A stretch of DNA of 64,000 nt from Candidatus Methanoperedenaceae archaeon (GCA_963753595.1 CAVWCX010000014.1:39196-103195), one strand, 5' to 3'; positions 35,259-45,314 are shown, counted from the stretch's first letter. Notes: generated by a model not told the origin, from the sequence alone. Translations and numbers: made by a program.

Positions 35259-36466
35259 TCCTTATCCCCCGCAGGAATCGAAAAACAGAATGTACTTCCT
35301 TCTCCGACCGTGCTTTTTACCCATATTCGTCCTCTGTGTGACTCAATTAAATATCTGGCAATTGCAAGACCAACCCCTACTCCACCATATCGCCGTGTGC
35401 TTTCTGAATCCACCTGGTATATTTTATCAAATACCTTTTGCAGTTTATCTGCTGGAATTCCTATTCCGGTATCCTTGAAACAGACCTGGATATATCTATC
35501 CTTTCTGCCTGCTGCTATTTCTACTTTCCCTCCTTTCCTGTTAAATTTGATAGCATTATCAAGAAGATTATTGAACACATGTTTCATCTGGTTCTTATCT
35601 GCGTTAACTAAAAGCCCATTTTCTATCGATTTACTGATCTCGATCTGAAACGCTTCTGATTTTGGCTTTAAATCCTCTGCTGTGGATTCGATCAGTTCTC
35701 CAATATCGACCTCTTCTATAACATGTGATAAAAGTCCTTTTTCGGCATAGGATATTTCTATAAGGCCTGAGACGACCGTATTTTCGCGCTCCAATGCGGC
35801 CATGCATTTTTCCAGCAGTTCCCTGCGCTTTGATGTGTTGTTTTCATCCATCGCAAGTTCAAGGTAGCCCGAAGCATGAATTAATGGGGTTTTGAGTTCA
35901 TGCGTCACATTGGAAATTATGTTATCTTTAAGGCGGTCAACGGTTTTTAATTCCGAAAGCGCGATCTCAAGCTTCTTGTTTGCATTTTCAAGTTCAAGCA
36001 CTTTATCTTCAAGCTTTTTAAATAATGTATGGCTGTATTTTGAAAGATATTCTGTTTCATCGGTTATTACAGGTTCTACCGGTCTTTTCCTGCCATAGTG
36101 ATAATCTTCAATTACTTTATTTATTTTCCTGATTAATATTTTAGGATCCTCAGGTTTGCGTATATAAGCGTTCGCCCCTACATCAAGGGCAAGTTTTTCG
36201 TCTTCTTCATCCTTGTAAATTGCGGTATAAAAAATCAGGGGAATATCTTTTAACGTTTCATTTTTCCTGAGTTCCCTGCAAAACTGGAATCCATCCATTT
36301 CAGGCATCATGATATCTGAAATTATAATGTCGGGTCTTGACATCTGGATTTTCTTCAGGGCTTCAATTCCATTTGAGGCCTCAAGAACTTTATAACCATT
36401 AGCTGCAAGTATTTTTGAAAGAAGCATTCTGCTATTTATTTCATCTTCCACTACCAGCACAATCAT
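35255..36466 (-). CDS. REC-HisKA-HATPase hybrid kinase
   Basis: DIMMPEMDG; THELKTPL; NLLDNAIKF; DTGIGI; GVGLAI. Confidence 0.92.
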   Translation of the reverse strand: MIVLVVEDEINSRMLLSKILAANGYKVLEASNGIEALKKIQMSRPDIIISDIMMPEMDGFQFCRELRKNETLKDIPLIFYTAIYKDEEDEKLALDVGANAYIRKPEDPKILIRKINKVIEDYHYGRKRPVEPVITDETEYLSKYSHTLFKKLEDKVLELENANKKLEIALSELKTVDRLKDNIISNVTHELKTPLIHASGYLELAMDENNTSKRRELLEKCMAALERENTVVSGLIEISYAEKGLLSHVIEEVDIGELIESTAEDLKPKSEAFQIEISKSIENGLLVNADKNQMKHVFNNLLDNAIKFNRKGGKVEIAAGRKDRYIQVCFKDTGIGIPADKLQKVFDKIYQVDSESTRRYGGVGVGLAIARYLIESHRGRIWVKSTVGEGSTFCFSIPAGDKE

Positions 36467-36828
36467 GGTTTTTTCGCCTCAAGGACTTTTTCAATATCTT
36501 TCATAATTACAAGAGGATTTATGGGTTTTTCAAAATATCCATCGCATCCGGCACTTATTACTTTTTCGCGGTCTCCTGCCATTGCGTATGAAGTAATTGC
36601 TATTATCGGGGTCTTCTGTCCGGATTCGCGGATCCTCTTTGTGGCCTCAAGCCCATCGATATCGGGAAGCTGTATATCCATCAGAATAAGTTCCGGGTGC
36701 AAATTATTTGCTTTTTCCACACCCTCAAGACCGCAAAAAGCCTCAATAACATCATGACCATACTTTTTCAAGACAAAGGTTAATAACTTCATGTTCTGTG
36801 GATTGTCTTCAATTACCAGTATCTTCAA
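36463..36828 (-). CDS. stand-alone receiver protein (DivK/CheY-like)
   Basis: IEDN, MDIQLP, ITSYAM, KP. Confidence 0.92.
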   Translation of the reverse strand: MKILVIEDNPQNMKLLTFVLKKYGHDVIEAFCGLEGVEKANNLHPELILMDIQLPDIDGLEATKRIRESGQKTPIIAITSYAMAGDREKVISAGCDGYFEKPINPLVIMKDIEKVLEAKKP

Positions 36829-39800
36829 ATTCTAACCTCCCGTGGTATGCGCAGGGAAAATATACTACCCTTATGGTACTCACTTTCCACACTTATCGTA
36901 CCTCCAAGCACTTCCCGGGTGAGCTTCATGGTAAGATATAAACCAAGTCCGGTTCCGGATGTTTTGGCCGTGAGTGATGACTCAAGCCTTGTAAATGCGG
37001 TAAAGAGTTTTGGAATATCTTCTTTCTTTATCCCGATCCCTGGATCTTTAATAGATATTTCTATTTCTTTATTAATAGACTTTGCTATTATTTTGATCTC
37101 ACCTTTTTCTGTGAATTTCACTGCATTTGAAAAAAGATTAATTAAGCACTGAAGCAGGCGCCTGCGGTCAGTGTTCAACTCCACATCTATAAAATCAATA
37201 TTCACCGAAAGCCCCTTTCCATTGAGCTCTTGTTTCAAAGTAGAAACTACTTCATCAATTACTCCTTTCAAATTGAACCTGGAAACATTGACCTCAAGTT
37301 TTCCTGCTTCTATCTTTGAAATATCGATAACATCGTTTATCAATGACAAAAGATGCTTTCCTGATGTGTTGACTATCTGGACCTGTTCTCTTTGCTCAGG
37401 TGTGAGTTCTCCCGACCAGCCTTCAAGAAGAATGCTGGTGAAACCGATTATGGAATTAAGGGGCGTCCTGAGTTCATGACTTGTACTGGCTATGAACATG
37501 GATTTCATGCGATCAAGTTCAATAAGTCGCTTGTTCGCTTTTTCAAGTTCATCAGCCGTATTATTCATATCCTCCATTAGATTAAGGAGACCTGACTGGC
37601 TCTCTTTTAGAGCAATTGTCCTTTCTTCCACTTTTGTTTCAAGTGTTTTTGCATATTCTTTTGTTTCTTCGTAAAGCTGAACGTTCTGGATTGAAAGCGC
37701 AACCTGCGAGGAAATAAGTTCAATGATCTTCAATTTTTTCTTGTCAGGTTTCTTATCCGTGCGGGTGAATATACATAGTACTCCCAGGCACTTTCCTCCT
37801 GTGATAAGGGGGAATGCTGCATGATACCGTATGTCCTCTTTGCGTGTAGCTTCCCTTGTGGCAAATTTGATCACAGCTTCGCGGTCAGGAAGGATAAGGG
37901 GCCGAAGGTCGCGAGCTGCTGCCCCGCACAGGCAATCACCTATTTTGACCTTATTTGTGGTAAGGTCAGCAATAGTCTCTTCTGATGTGGCCCTGTGTGC
38001 AGCTAACTGTAAATGATCATCCGGTTTTACAAGGCAAATAGTTCCTCCTTCAAGCCCCATTATCTTGATGCACTCGTCAAGGACAGTTTCAAATATCTGA
38101 TTTATATCAAGCAACCCGGTCGCGGTTGAGATTATTTTATTGATGATCCTGAGTTCCTCATTTGCTAATTGCATTTCATCTTTGGCAAGTTTTAGCTCTG
38201 TAATATCATTAAACGTAGTATAAACCTGATATGGTTTTATTTCTGCATACCTGGTTTGAGGTATTGCATTTATTTGTATCCATCGGTATTCTTTAACTTC
38301 AGGATTGAATACACCCATGACAACATCTTTTACTTCCTTCCGGGTCTGAAGTGTCACCATTGCCGGATGTTTCTGCGCCGGGAAGTCAGAACCATCCTCA
38401 TGGATCGCTTTCCACATCGGATCAATGGATGTCCGTCCTATCAAGTGGCCCGGTGATAAACCAAGTATCTTTTGCGCTGCGGGGTTTGCCGAAATTATTT
38501 TTCCGGATTCATCGTGATATATTACTCCCTGCGCCATTGTTTCATATAGTGTTCGATATTTCTCTTCTGAAAAGCTTAGTGCTTTTTCAACGCGCTTTCT
38601 CTCGGTGATATCAACGACAAATGCAAGGAAAAGCCTGCGTTGTGCCTGCTCTATCAATTGCAGATGGACCTCAACTGGATAAAGACTACCGTTTGCCCTT
38701 CTATTATCAGTGTAGAATAAGAGTTTCTTTTTTTCATGCCGGATAAGTGGCTTAATAAGTTTAAGGAATGATTCTTTATCATATTCGGATTTGATGTCAG
38801 GAGCTGTCATCGATCGCAGTTCTTCCAGAGTAAACCCAAGGTTCTTGCATGCCCCTGAATTCGCATAAGTGAACCTGAGGGTTTCAGGATCAAACATATA
38901 AATTTCATTAAGGCTTTTTTCAAGAATGGAAGAGAGGCTCATCTTTTCTTCTTCCCCTTTCCTTATATCTTCCACCAGGCGTGCATTTTCAAGCGCGATC
39001 GCTGCACTTGAAGCAAGCCCCTGCAGCATCTCGATATCCAGTTCATCGAACGGGCGGTGTTCTTTTGTGTTATGGATCTGGAATGAGCCCAACATCTCAC
39101 CTTTCCTGTCCAGAATAGGAACATTGGCAAGATTATTAAAACCAAGCGTTTTCCGGATATCCTGGATCACATAAGGGTCATTTTGGGCATCATTGGATAT
39201 ATAAGGTGATTTAGTCTCCATGACATGCCCGGGAACACCGTAACCCTTCTTGAAAACATAATCTATGGGAAAAAGCTTGCCATGCTCATTATATTCCGAA
39301 AACGTTATTTTTTCGTTAACGATCAAACCTGCAGTTCCGGCTGTCGAATCTGTAATTTCCATTGCCGAAACTATAAGATTTTGCAGGATGACAGGAATTT
39401 CAAGAACGGTATTTATCGTCTGTGCCGCCTTTGACAGGATGCGAAGCTGGTTATTCCGCCGGGATGCGAATTCTTCAGCACGCTTGCTTTGGGTGATGTC
39501 GCGTGCTGTGGCATAGGTAATTCCTTCATCTTTATTATAGTTTGCACGCCATGAAAGCCACAGCAATCTGCCATCTTTGCAAATATAACGATTTTCAAAG
39601 TTAAGCGAAGAACCTGTCTTGATTTGCCTTGCAATTTCATCAAGAGTAGACTGTTTGTCATCCGGATGGACGAAATCCACGAACGGTTTTGACAGGAGTT
39701 CTGTTTCTGAATATCCAAGAAGATCTGAGGAGGCCGGATTCACTTTCTTGAAAGCGCCATTTGGATCGGCGATTACCATCATATCCGAAGATATCTGGAA

Positions 39801-41828
39801 GAATTTGAAAAATTGTTCCCGTTCCAGTTCTGCCTTCTTGCGCTCGGTGATGTCCAGTACATGCACAAGATAACCAGATATGGATTTATTTTCGTTCCAT
39901 ATTGGTAATATACGGAGGTCAAGATAACATTGGCCCGATCTTGTTGTTTTGTATAAATTTAATTTCTTGACAAGATCAAAATTGAAAGTTAATTCAAATT
40001 CAATCGTTTCCCGATTTGAAAGCCTGTTTTTTGCATCCACTGGAAGATTTGGATCATCAAAAAGATTGAAATTCTTCACTTCTTCAATATTTTCAATACC
40101 AAAAAGGTCAAGACATTTCCTGTTAGCATCAATTAAATGACCGGTCTGATCATATATTTCAATTGCGACCGGGGATTGCTCAAAGATCCCCCTGAACCTC
40201 TCTTCACTTTCTTTTAGCGTTTCTTTTGCTTTCTTTTGCTCGGTGATATCCCTGACGATACATATATGCCCATTGTAATTTCCGTTCTCATCCCAGAGAG
40301 CCGTAGCTATGACATCCGTAGGGACTATACTGCCATCTTTCATGAGGCCTGGGACTTCTCCTTTGAAAAGCCCCGTATCCTTATTATGCAACGTTACATC
40401 CAGGCCCTTTTCGACTCCGGGTATCATCTCAGATGGAGTAATTTTCCGCCAGGTCTTACTGATCAAATCTTCCTGGGAATAACCGAATATTTTTGCATAT
40501 GCTGCATTTACGTAGATATACCGGTCTTTTTCATTGCATATGGTAACGCCATCAGTACTACTGGCTATTGCTTTAAGAAGGCGGTTCTTTTCATCATCAG
40601 CACGCTTGCGCTCGGTGATATCGGTGTGAACACCTACGATAACGCGGCCATATTGAGGGTGGTCAAATAAAGAAACGTTAGCATAAGACCAGAAAAGAGT
40701 TCCATCTTTCTTAATATTATTGACCTCTCCGTGCCATTCTCCGGTTTTTCTGAGGAGACCCAAAATCTCTTCTTTTGTTTCCTGCGGCGTCTTATCTGTT
40801 GGGGCATTTAATATGCTGACATCCTTTCCTATCATTTCACCTGGCTCGTAACCAAACATTTGTTCAAATTTGGAATTAGTATGTTTGATCAAACCATCTT
40901 CCATTCCCAAAAGATAGATCCCCTCTGAGACATTCTTAAAAATTTCACTGTTAAGGCGCGCTTCTTCTTCCGCATGTTTGCGTTGTGTGATGTCCCGGAT
41001 ATTTGTAAGAAATCCTTCGATTTTTCCATCTTTTTTCAGGATTGTTGTACTTGTTTCTACTAAAATCAATTCTCCGCTTTTTGATCTCAGGCTTAACTCC
41101 AATTTATTAAGGAGACTGCCTGCATTAGGATTGATCCTCCCTTCTAAAACGGCATTTTTGAACTGTTTAACGATACCTGGAAGCTCTTTGATCTCCAAAA
41201 TTCCGAGCTTGAAAAAATATTTCCCAATTACTTCTTCGGGCGTGAAACCCAGAGTTTCTTTAATTTTATTGTTGATTGTCAATATTTTTCCAAAACTATC
41301 CACTTGTAGAATTATATCATTTGAATACTCGAAAAGCCTGCGATATTTTCTCTCGCTTTCCTGAAGCTCCTCAGTTCTCTCAATTACACGCACCTCCAGA
41401 TCATCATGTGCCTTCAAAAGTGCCTCTTGTGCTACTTTGCGCTCGGTATCATCCCGCCAGATACTGATTATAAGACCTTCTTCTTCAATATCGATCTTAT
41501 CAAGAAGGGAGGAGTTGACCGAAAAGTATCTCATCCCTTCTGTGGTCTTCATAGCAAAATCAACATTTATTGCCATGCCATTTTGGCTGGTCTGGCCTTC
41601 GAGTCTTAGCCATGTATCCCTGGCATTGGGGTCCATCTTTCCAAGCCATATGAAAAGGTTCGTTTCGATAACATCATGGATCTTACTGGAGAAGAATTTA
41701 CAGAATTTTTCATTGACAAAAATGATGTTCTTAGCCGAATCTGTGATCACTATGCCATCAGCCGATGCACGCAGAAGTTTCTCGAAAAATTTAACGGTCT
41801 GCTGTAAATTCTGTGCTTTTTCCATCAT
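36825..41828 (-). CDS. cytoplasmic multi-PAS, 2x GAF histidine kinase
   Basis: 1667 aa; repeated DITE/QRK; ALENARL and SIQNVQL GAF ends; SHELRTPL; GTGLGL; no TM segments. Confidence 0.93.
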   Translation of the reverse strand: MMEKAQNLQQTVKFFEKLLRASADGIVITDSAKNIIFVNEKFCKFFSSKIHDVIETNLFIWLGKMDPNARDTWLRLEGQTSQNGMAINVDFAMKTTEGMRYFSVNSSLLDKIDIEEEGLIISIWRDDTERKVAQEALLKAHDDLEVRVIERTEELQESERKYRRLFEYSNDIILQVDSFGKILTINNKIKETLGFTPEEVIGKYFFKLGILEIKELPGIVKQFKNAVLEGRINPNAGSLLNKLELSLRSKSGELILVETSTTILKKDGKIEGFLTNIRDITQRKHAEEEARLNSEIFKNVSEGIYLLGMEDGLIKHTNSKFEQMFGYEPGEMIGKDVSILNAPTDKTPQETKEEILGLLRKTGEWHGEVNNIKKDGTLFWSYANVSLFDHPQYGRVIVGVHTDITERKRADDEKNRLLKAIASSTDGVTICNEKDRYIYVNAAYAKIFGYSQEDLISKTWRKITPSEMIPGVEKGLDVTLHNKDTGLFKGEVPGLMKDGSIVPTDVIATALWDENGNYNGHICIVRDITEQKKAKETLKESEERFRGIFEQSPVAIEIYDQTGHLIDANRKCLDLFGIENIEEVKNFNLFDDPNLPVDAKNRLSNRETIEFELTFNFDLVKKLNLYKTTRSGQCYLDLRILPIWNENKSISGYLVHVLDITERKKAELEREQFFKFFQISSDMMVIADPNGAFKKVNPASSDLLGYSETELLSKPFVDFVHPDDKQSTLDEIARQIKTGSSLNFENRYICKDGRLLWLSWRANYNKDEGITYATARDITQSKRAEEFASRRNNQLRILSKAAQTINTVLEIPVILQNLIVSAMEITDSTAGTAGLIVNEKITFSEYNEHGKLFPIDYVFKKGYGVPGHVMETKSPYISNDAQNDPYVIQDIRKTLGFNNLANVPILDRKGEMLGSFQIHNTKEHRPFDELDIEMLQGLASSAAIALENARLVEDIRKGEEEKMSLSSILEKSLNEIYMFDPETLRFTYANSGACKNLGFTLEELRSMTAPDIKSEYDKESFLKLIKPLIRHEKKKLLFYTDNRRANGSLYPVEVHLQLIEQAQRRLFLAFVVDITERKRVEKALSFSEEKYRTLYETMAQGVIYHDESGKIISANPAAQKILGLSPGHLIGRTSIDPMWKAIHEDGSDFPAQKHPAMVTLQTRKEVKDVVMGVFNPEVKEYRWIQINAIPQTRYAEIKPYQVYTTFNDITELKLAKDEMQLANEELRIINKIISTATGLLDINQIFETVLDECIKIMGLEGGTICLVKPDDHLQLAAHRATSEETIADLTTNKVKIGDCLCGAAARDLRPLILPDREAVIKFATREATRKEDIRYHAAFPLITGGKCLGVLCIFTRTDKKPDKKKLKIIELISSQVALSIQNVQLYEETKEYAKTLETKVEERTIALKESQSGLLNLMEDMNNTADELEKANKRLIELDRMKSMFIASTSHELRTPLNSIIGFTSILLEGWSGELTPEQREQVQIVNTSGKHLLSLINDVIDISKIEAGKLEVNVSRFNLKGVIDEVVSTLKQELNGKGLSVNIDFIDVELNTDRRRLLQCLINLFSNAVKFTEKGEIKIIAKSINKEIEISIKDPGIGIKKEDIPKLFTAFTRLESSLTAKTSGTGLGLYLTMKLTREVLGGTISVESEYHKGSIFSLRIPREVRI

Positions 41829-43963
41829 TTTAATTCATCCTTTTGCGCAGAAACCGGCTTTATTTCCACAGCACTGAATTTATACTCAGGTTGCTTTGAG
41901 TGGATATCATAAACAGGATTTGTAACAAGATTTGCAGCCATATCATCACTTGAGCAAAGCGCTTTACCAAAATGGAAGGGCATGAAAACCGTACCTTTCT
42001 GGACACTGTCAGTTATCCGGGCATTCCCTCTTGCAGTACCCCTTCGTGATGTGACCTCGACCAGATCTCCCTCGTTTATGCCAATCATTTGTGCATCATG
42101 CGGGTGAATATTTACGATATTATCAGGTGCTGCATTATTTAGATACGGGACTCTCCCGGTACGTGTACGGGTATTGAAATGCCCTTCCAGTCGTCCGGTT
42201 ATGAGTATGAATGGATAATCCTTGTCCGGATTTTCAGCCGGCCCGACATAATCACGGAAAAGCAATGCAGCCCTGCCATCAGGCCTGGGAAAATGCATAT
42301 CTGTGAAAAGGCGCATCGTACCCGGATGGTTTTCTTCAGGACAGGGAAGCTGAAGACCCACAACTCCACGAAGCCGTTCATAGGTCACACCATTCATATC
42401 ACATATGCGTCCGCGGGTCAGGCCTTTCCATTCTTCGAACACCTCCTGCGGCGATGTATATGGAAATTCTTTTTCAAAACCCATAGCCCTGGCTATGAGC
42501 CATATTATTTCATAATCAGGTTTTGCAACACCTGGAGGTTCAACTATTTTTTCGACCAGTTCTATTCGCCGTTCAGAAGAAATGAATGTCCCCGTCTTTT
42601 CACACCACTGGGCTGCCGGAAGTATTACATTTCCCAGCAGAGTTGTCTCCGTGGGATGGAATATATCCTGTACCACAAGCAGTTCAGCCTTTGCCAGTCC
42701 TTCTTCTACCCACCTGGTATTCGGAAGTGAAGCTGCAGGATTAGTTGTTGTGATCCACAGGGCGCGAATATCGCCGCTATGGAGACCTTCGATGATCTCC
42801 ATGATTGAACGCCCCGGAGTGGATTTGATATTAGTCTGCGGAACACCCCAATACTTTGCCACTTCTTTTCGATGCTGCTCGTTAGTAATTTGCCGCATCC
42901 CCACAAGTAAATGTGAGAGTGCGCCAACCCAGCGGTTTCCCATTGCATTTGCCTCGCCTGTGATCGACAGCGGTCCTGCTCCGGGTTTACATAGATTTCC
43001 CGTGAGAATGGAGAGGTTTTGCAGGGTATTGTTTTTAAAGACAGCCTGTGTCGAATGGTTGTATCCCTGGAACCAGAATGTGAGCATCGCTTTTGAATTG
43101 CCTATCATTCGCGCCGCTTCAATGATCTGTTTTTCCGGTAATCCGGTTATTACGGCCGCTTTTTCGGGTGAATATCCTTCCACCAGTTTTTTTAGGTCAG
43201 ATAGGCCGCTTGCATATTTTTCAACATTTTCCTCATCAACAAATCCCTCTTTAAGAAGTACGTAAGCCAGGGAATTATTCAGGGCAACATCAGTGCCTGG
43301 CCTGATCCGCAGGTGCAGGTCCGCCAGTCCTGATGTTTTTGTTCTCCGGGGATCAACGACGATCACCTTTGTTCCATTTTTCTTCTTTGCCATACTTAAG
43401 CGGTGAAACATTACTGGTGTTGATATTGCCATGTTGCTTCCGGCTATGAAGAAAAGGTCTGCTTCTTCTATGTCTGCATAACAGGTCAAAGGGGCGTCTG
43501 CGCCAATTGTTGATAAAAACCCGGCTGCCGTACTTGCCATACAAAGCCTGGTACTGCATTCGATATTATTAGTGCCTATCAAGCCCCTCATTAATTTGTT
43601 CATGAGATAGTATTCTTCTGTCAGGTTAGCTGCGCCACCATAAAAGGCAACTGAATCCGGCCCATATTTTTTGATAATTCGGTTAAATTCGTTAGCTGTA
43701 TGACTGATTGCTTCGTCCCAGCTAACAGGAACAAAATCATCTCCCCGGTGTATCATGGGTTGAGTCAGCCGTCCATGGGCAGTGAACATGGGCGGGATGT
43801 TGGCAGCCAATGTGCATATATGTCCATCATTAACCGGATGCCCTTTCATGCCCTTGATCTCAATGACCTTTCCATTTACGACGCCAACCATAAGCCCGCA
43901 GCCAAATCCACAGTAGGGACATGTTGATTTGCTCCATTTTATATTCAATAGGCTGCCATTCAT
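41825..43963 (-). CDS. molybdopterin oxidoreductase, NasA/NarB nitrate-reductase-like, divergent
   Basis: TCPYCGFGC..C 4Fe-4S motif, RLCMAS Mo ligand, SKQPEYK; ATG at 43963 after ggtggag; no Tat signal. Confidence 0.88.
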   Translation of the reverse strand: MNGSLLNIKWSKSTCPYCGFGCGLMVGVVNGKVIEIKGMKGHPVNDGHICTLAANIPPMFTAHGRLTQPMIHRGDDFVPVSWDEAISHTANEFNRIIKKYGPDSVAFYGGAANLTEEYYLMNKLMRGLIGTNNIECSTRLCMASTAAGFLSTIGADAPLTCYADIEEADLFFIAGSNMAISTPVMFHRLSMAKKKNGTKVIVVDPRRTKTSGLADLHLRIRPGTDVALNNSLAYVLLKEGFVDEENVEKYASGLSDLKKLVEGYSPEKAAVITGLPEKQIIEAARMIGNSKAMLTFWFQGYNHSTQAVFKNNTLQNLSILTGNLCKPGAGPLSITGEANAMGNRWVGALSHLLVGMRQITNEQHRKEVAKYWGVPQTNIKSTPGRSIMEIIEGLHSGDIRALWITTTNPAASLPNTRWVEEGLAKAELLVVQDIFHPTETTLLGNVILPAAQWCEKTGTFISSERRIELVEKIVEPPGVAKPDYEIIWLIARAMGFEKEFPYTSPQEVFEEWKGLTRGRICDMNGVTYERLRGVVGLQLPCPEENHPGTMRLFTDMHFPRPDGRAALLFRDYVGPAENPDKDYPFILITGRLEGHFNTRTRTGRVPYLNNAAPDNIVNIHPHDAQMIGINEGDLVEVTSRRGTARGNARITDSVQKGTVFMPFHFGKALCSSDDMAANLVTNPVYDIHSKQPEYKFSAVEIKPVSAQKDELK

Positions 43964-44222
43964 GAATCTTTCTCCACCAACCCCTGCACCTGCAAAGGTC
44001 ACGTTTTTTGTGACGTTTTTTGCAATACTTATGATTATGTAATATCCCTTATATTAAAATGATGTTTTTTTCTGTGGTAATGTTTGGAAATAATCTTTTG
44101 AAATACAGGGGAAATTATCACACAAAAAAATCCAAAATACACACAAAATCATTCCGACGGATAACCTTAAATATTACATAACACAATATGATTTATATGA
44201 TTATGATGATTGAATAATCGGT

Positions 44223-44292
44223 GTCCGAGCCCGACCTCCTAACGGGTGCTCCTCTGTTCGCTATATGGGGGTGTGAATCCCCCCTCGGACCA
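44223..44292 (+). ncRNA. candidate tRNA-like small RNA
   Basis: GTCCGAG/CTCGGAC 7-bp stem, GGGGG-TGTGAAT-CCCCC T-arm, CCCG/CGGG hairpin; upstream TTTATAT and downstream T-rich tract. Confidence 0.5.
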
Positions 44293-44358
44293 ACTTTCTT
44301 CTATTTAAATTCCACGCGAACTCAAAATATTTATGTAATCCCGCTATTGAACGAAAAA

Positions 44359-44712
44359 ATGGAAAAAACCAGGTTTGTATATATTTTGATCGGGGGTTTT
44401 TTTGGTTCGGCATTAAGAGAGTTTCTTTCGTTATTGATTCCCGGTGTTTTCGGCATTTTATTTGTAAATATAATCGGATGTTTTGTCCTGGGCTACCTTA
44501 TGTACGCAACTGAACTTGGTTTTTTCAGTGAAAAAGACCGATATCTCATAGGTATCGGTTTTTGCGGCGGCCTGACAACATTTTCAACGTTCATAGTTCA
44601 GACCATGCAATTTCCAGTCTCGATTGCCTTATTGAATGTTACAGCTAACATTGGTTTTTGTCTCGTTGGCGTTTTCCTTGGAAGAATATTTGCAAAGGGG
44701 CTAAGAGCATGA
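44359..44712 (+). CDS. crcB: fluoride channel Fluc/CrcB
   Basis: GGFFGSALR, VNIIG, GFCGGLTTFSTF. Confidence 0.92.
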   Translation: MEKTRFVYILIGGFFGSALREFLSLLIPGVFGILFVNIIGCFVLGYLMYATELGFFSEKDRYLIGIGFCGGLTTFSTFIVQTMQFPVSIALLNVTANIGFCLVGVFLGRIFAKGLRA

Positions 44713-45056
44713 ACTTGATTCCTATACTATTAGCAGGCTTCGGGGGAGCGCTTGGCGCATTGCTGCGCTATCTTGTATCAGGGATCTATCCTGTGTGGAG
44801 GGATATTCCAACCGGGACGCTGCTTGTGAATTTTCTTGGTTCGACGGCACTTTCTGTGATCACATTTGGCACAAATCCCCTTCCTTACTTTGCAGATGCG
44901 GGACTTCTCGGTGGATTTACAACATTCTCCACTTTCAGTTACGAAAGTTTCCAGCTTCTTGAACGCAGGGAGTTTAGAATTTTTGCAGCTAATGTTTTTT
45001 TGAGCCTGCTTCTTTGCGCGGGAGGTGTTGTTTTAGGAAAATGGATCGTATCATAA
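44709..45056 (+). CDS. crcB: fluoride channel Fluc/CrcB, second subunit
   Basis: GGALGALLRY, GTLLVN, GGFTTFSTF; ATGA overlap with the first copy. Confidence 0.92.
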   Translation: MNLIPILLAGFGGALGALLRYLVSGIYPVWRDIPTGTLLVNFLGSTALSVITFGTNPLPYFADAGLLGGFTTFSTFSYESFQLLERREFRIFAANVFLSLLLCAGGVVLGKWIVS

Positions 45057-45110
45057 CCAGGTACAGTTTGATAATCCAGTTTTGAACAATAAAGTAATAT
45101 CATCACAATA

Positions 45111-45238
45111 AATATTTATCCGCATCGTCGCCAGACCAGCTCATTTCCCTCCCGCGATGAGATTGAAGCCTACTTTCTGCGATCACAGGCAGGCAGCGAG
45201 AAGCTGATGGAAGCGGTTGCGGGGAGGATGCTGGCGGG
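45111..45238 (+). repeat. hsdS 3'-end-like repeat, copy 1
   Basis: gcatcgtcgccaga..cagctcat..gcgatga..ttgaagc..gcgagaagctgatgga shared with the other copies. Confidence 0.8.
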
Positions 45239-45314
45239 TGGAGGTTCCGAAAAGTGAGTTCCTATCCAACAAACACCGTAAGTATAATCTATTCGAAGAA
45301 TGTAATTTATACTT

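Noticed and set aside
44223-44292. Pyrrolysine or selenocysteine tRNA
   Set aside because: There is no anticodon stem with CUA or UCA, and no pyl or sel genes nearby.
44150-44358. Fluoride riboswitch upstream of crcB
   Set aside because: No GGCGATGG..CGCC / CTGATG consensus is visible; the structured element found has a different fold.
44221-44358. N-terminal extension of CrcB from the GTG at 44221
   Set aside because: Fluc homology begins at ATG 44359, and the extension overlaps the structured RNA candidate.
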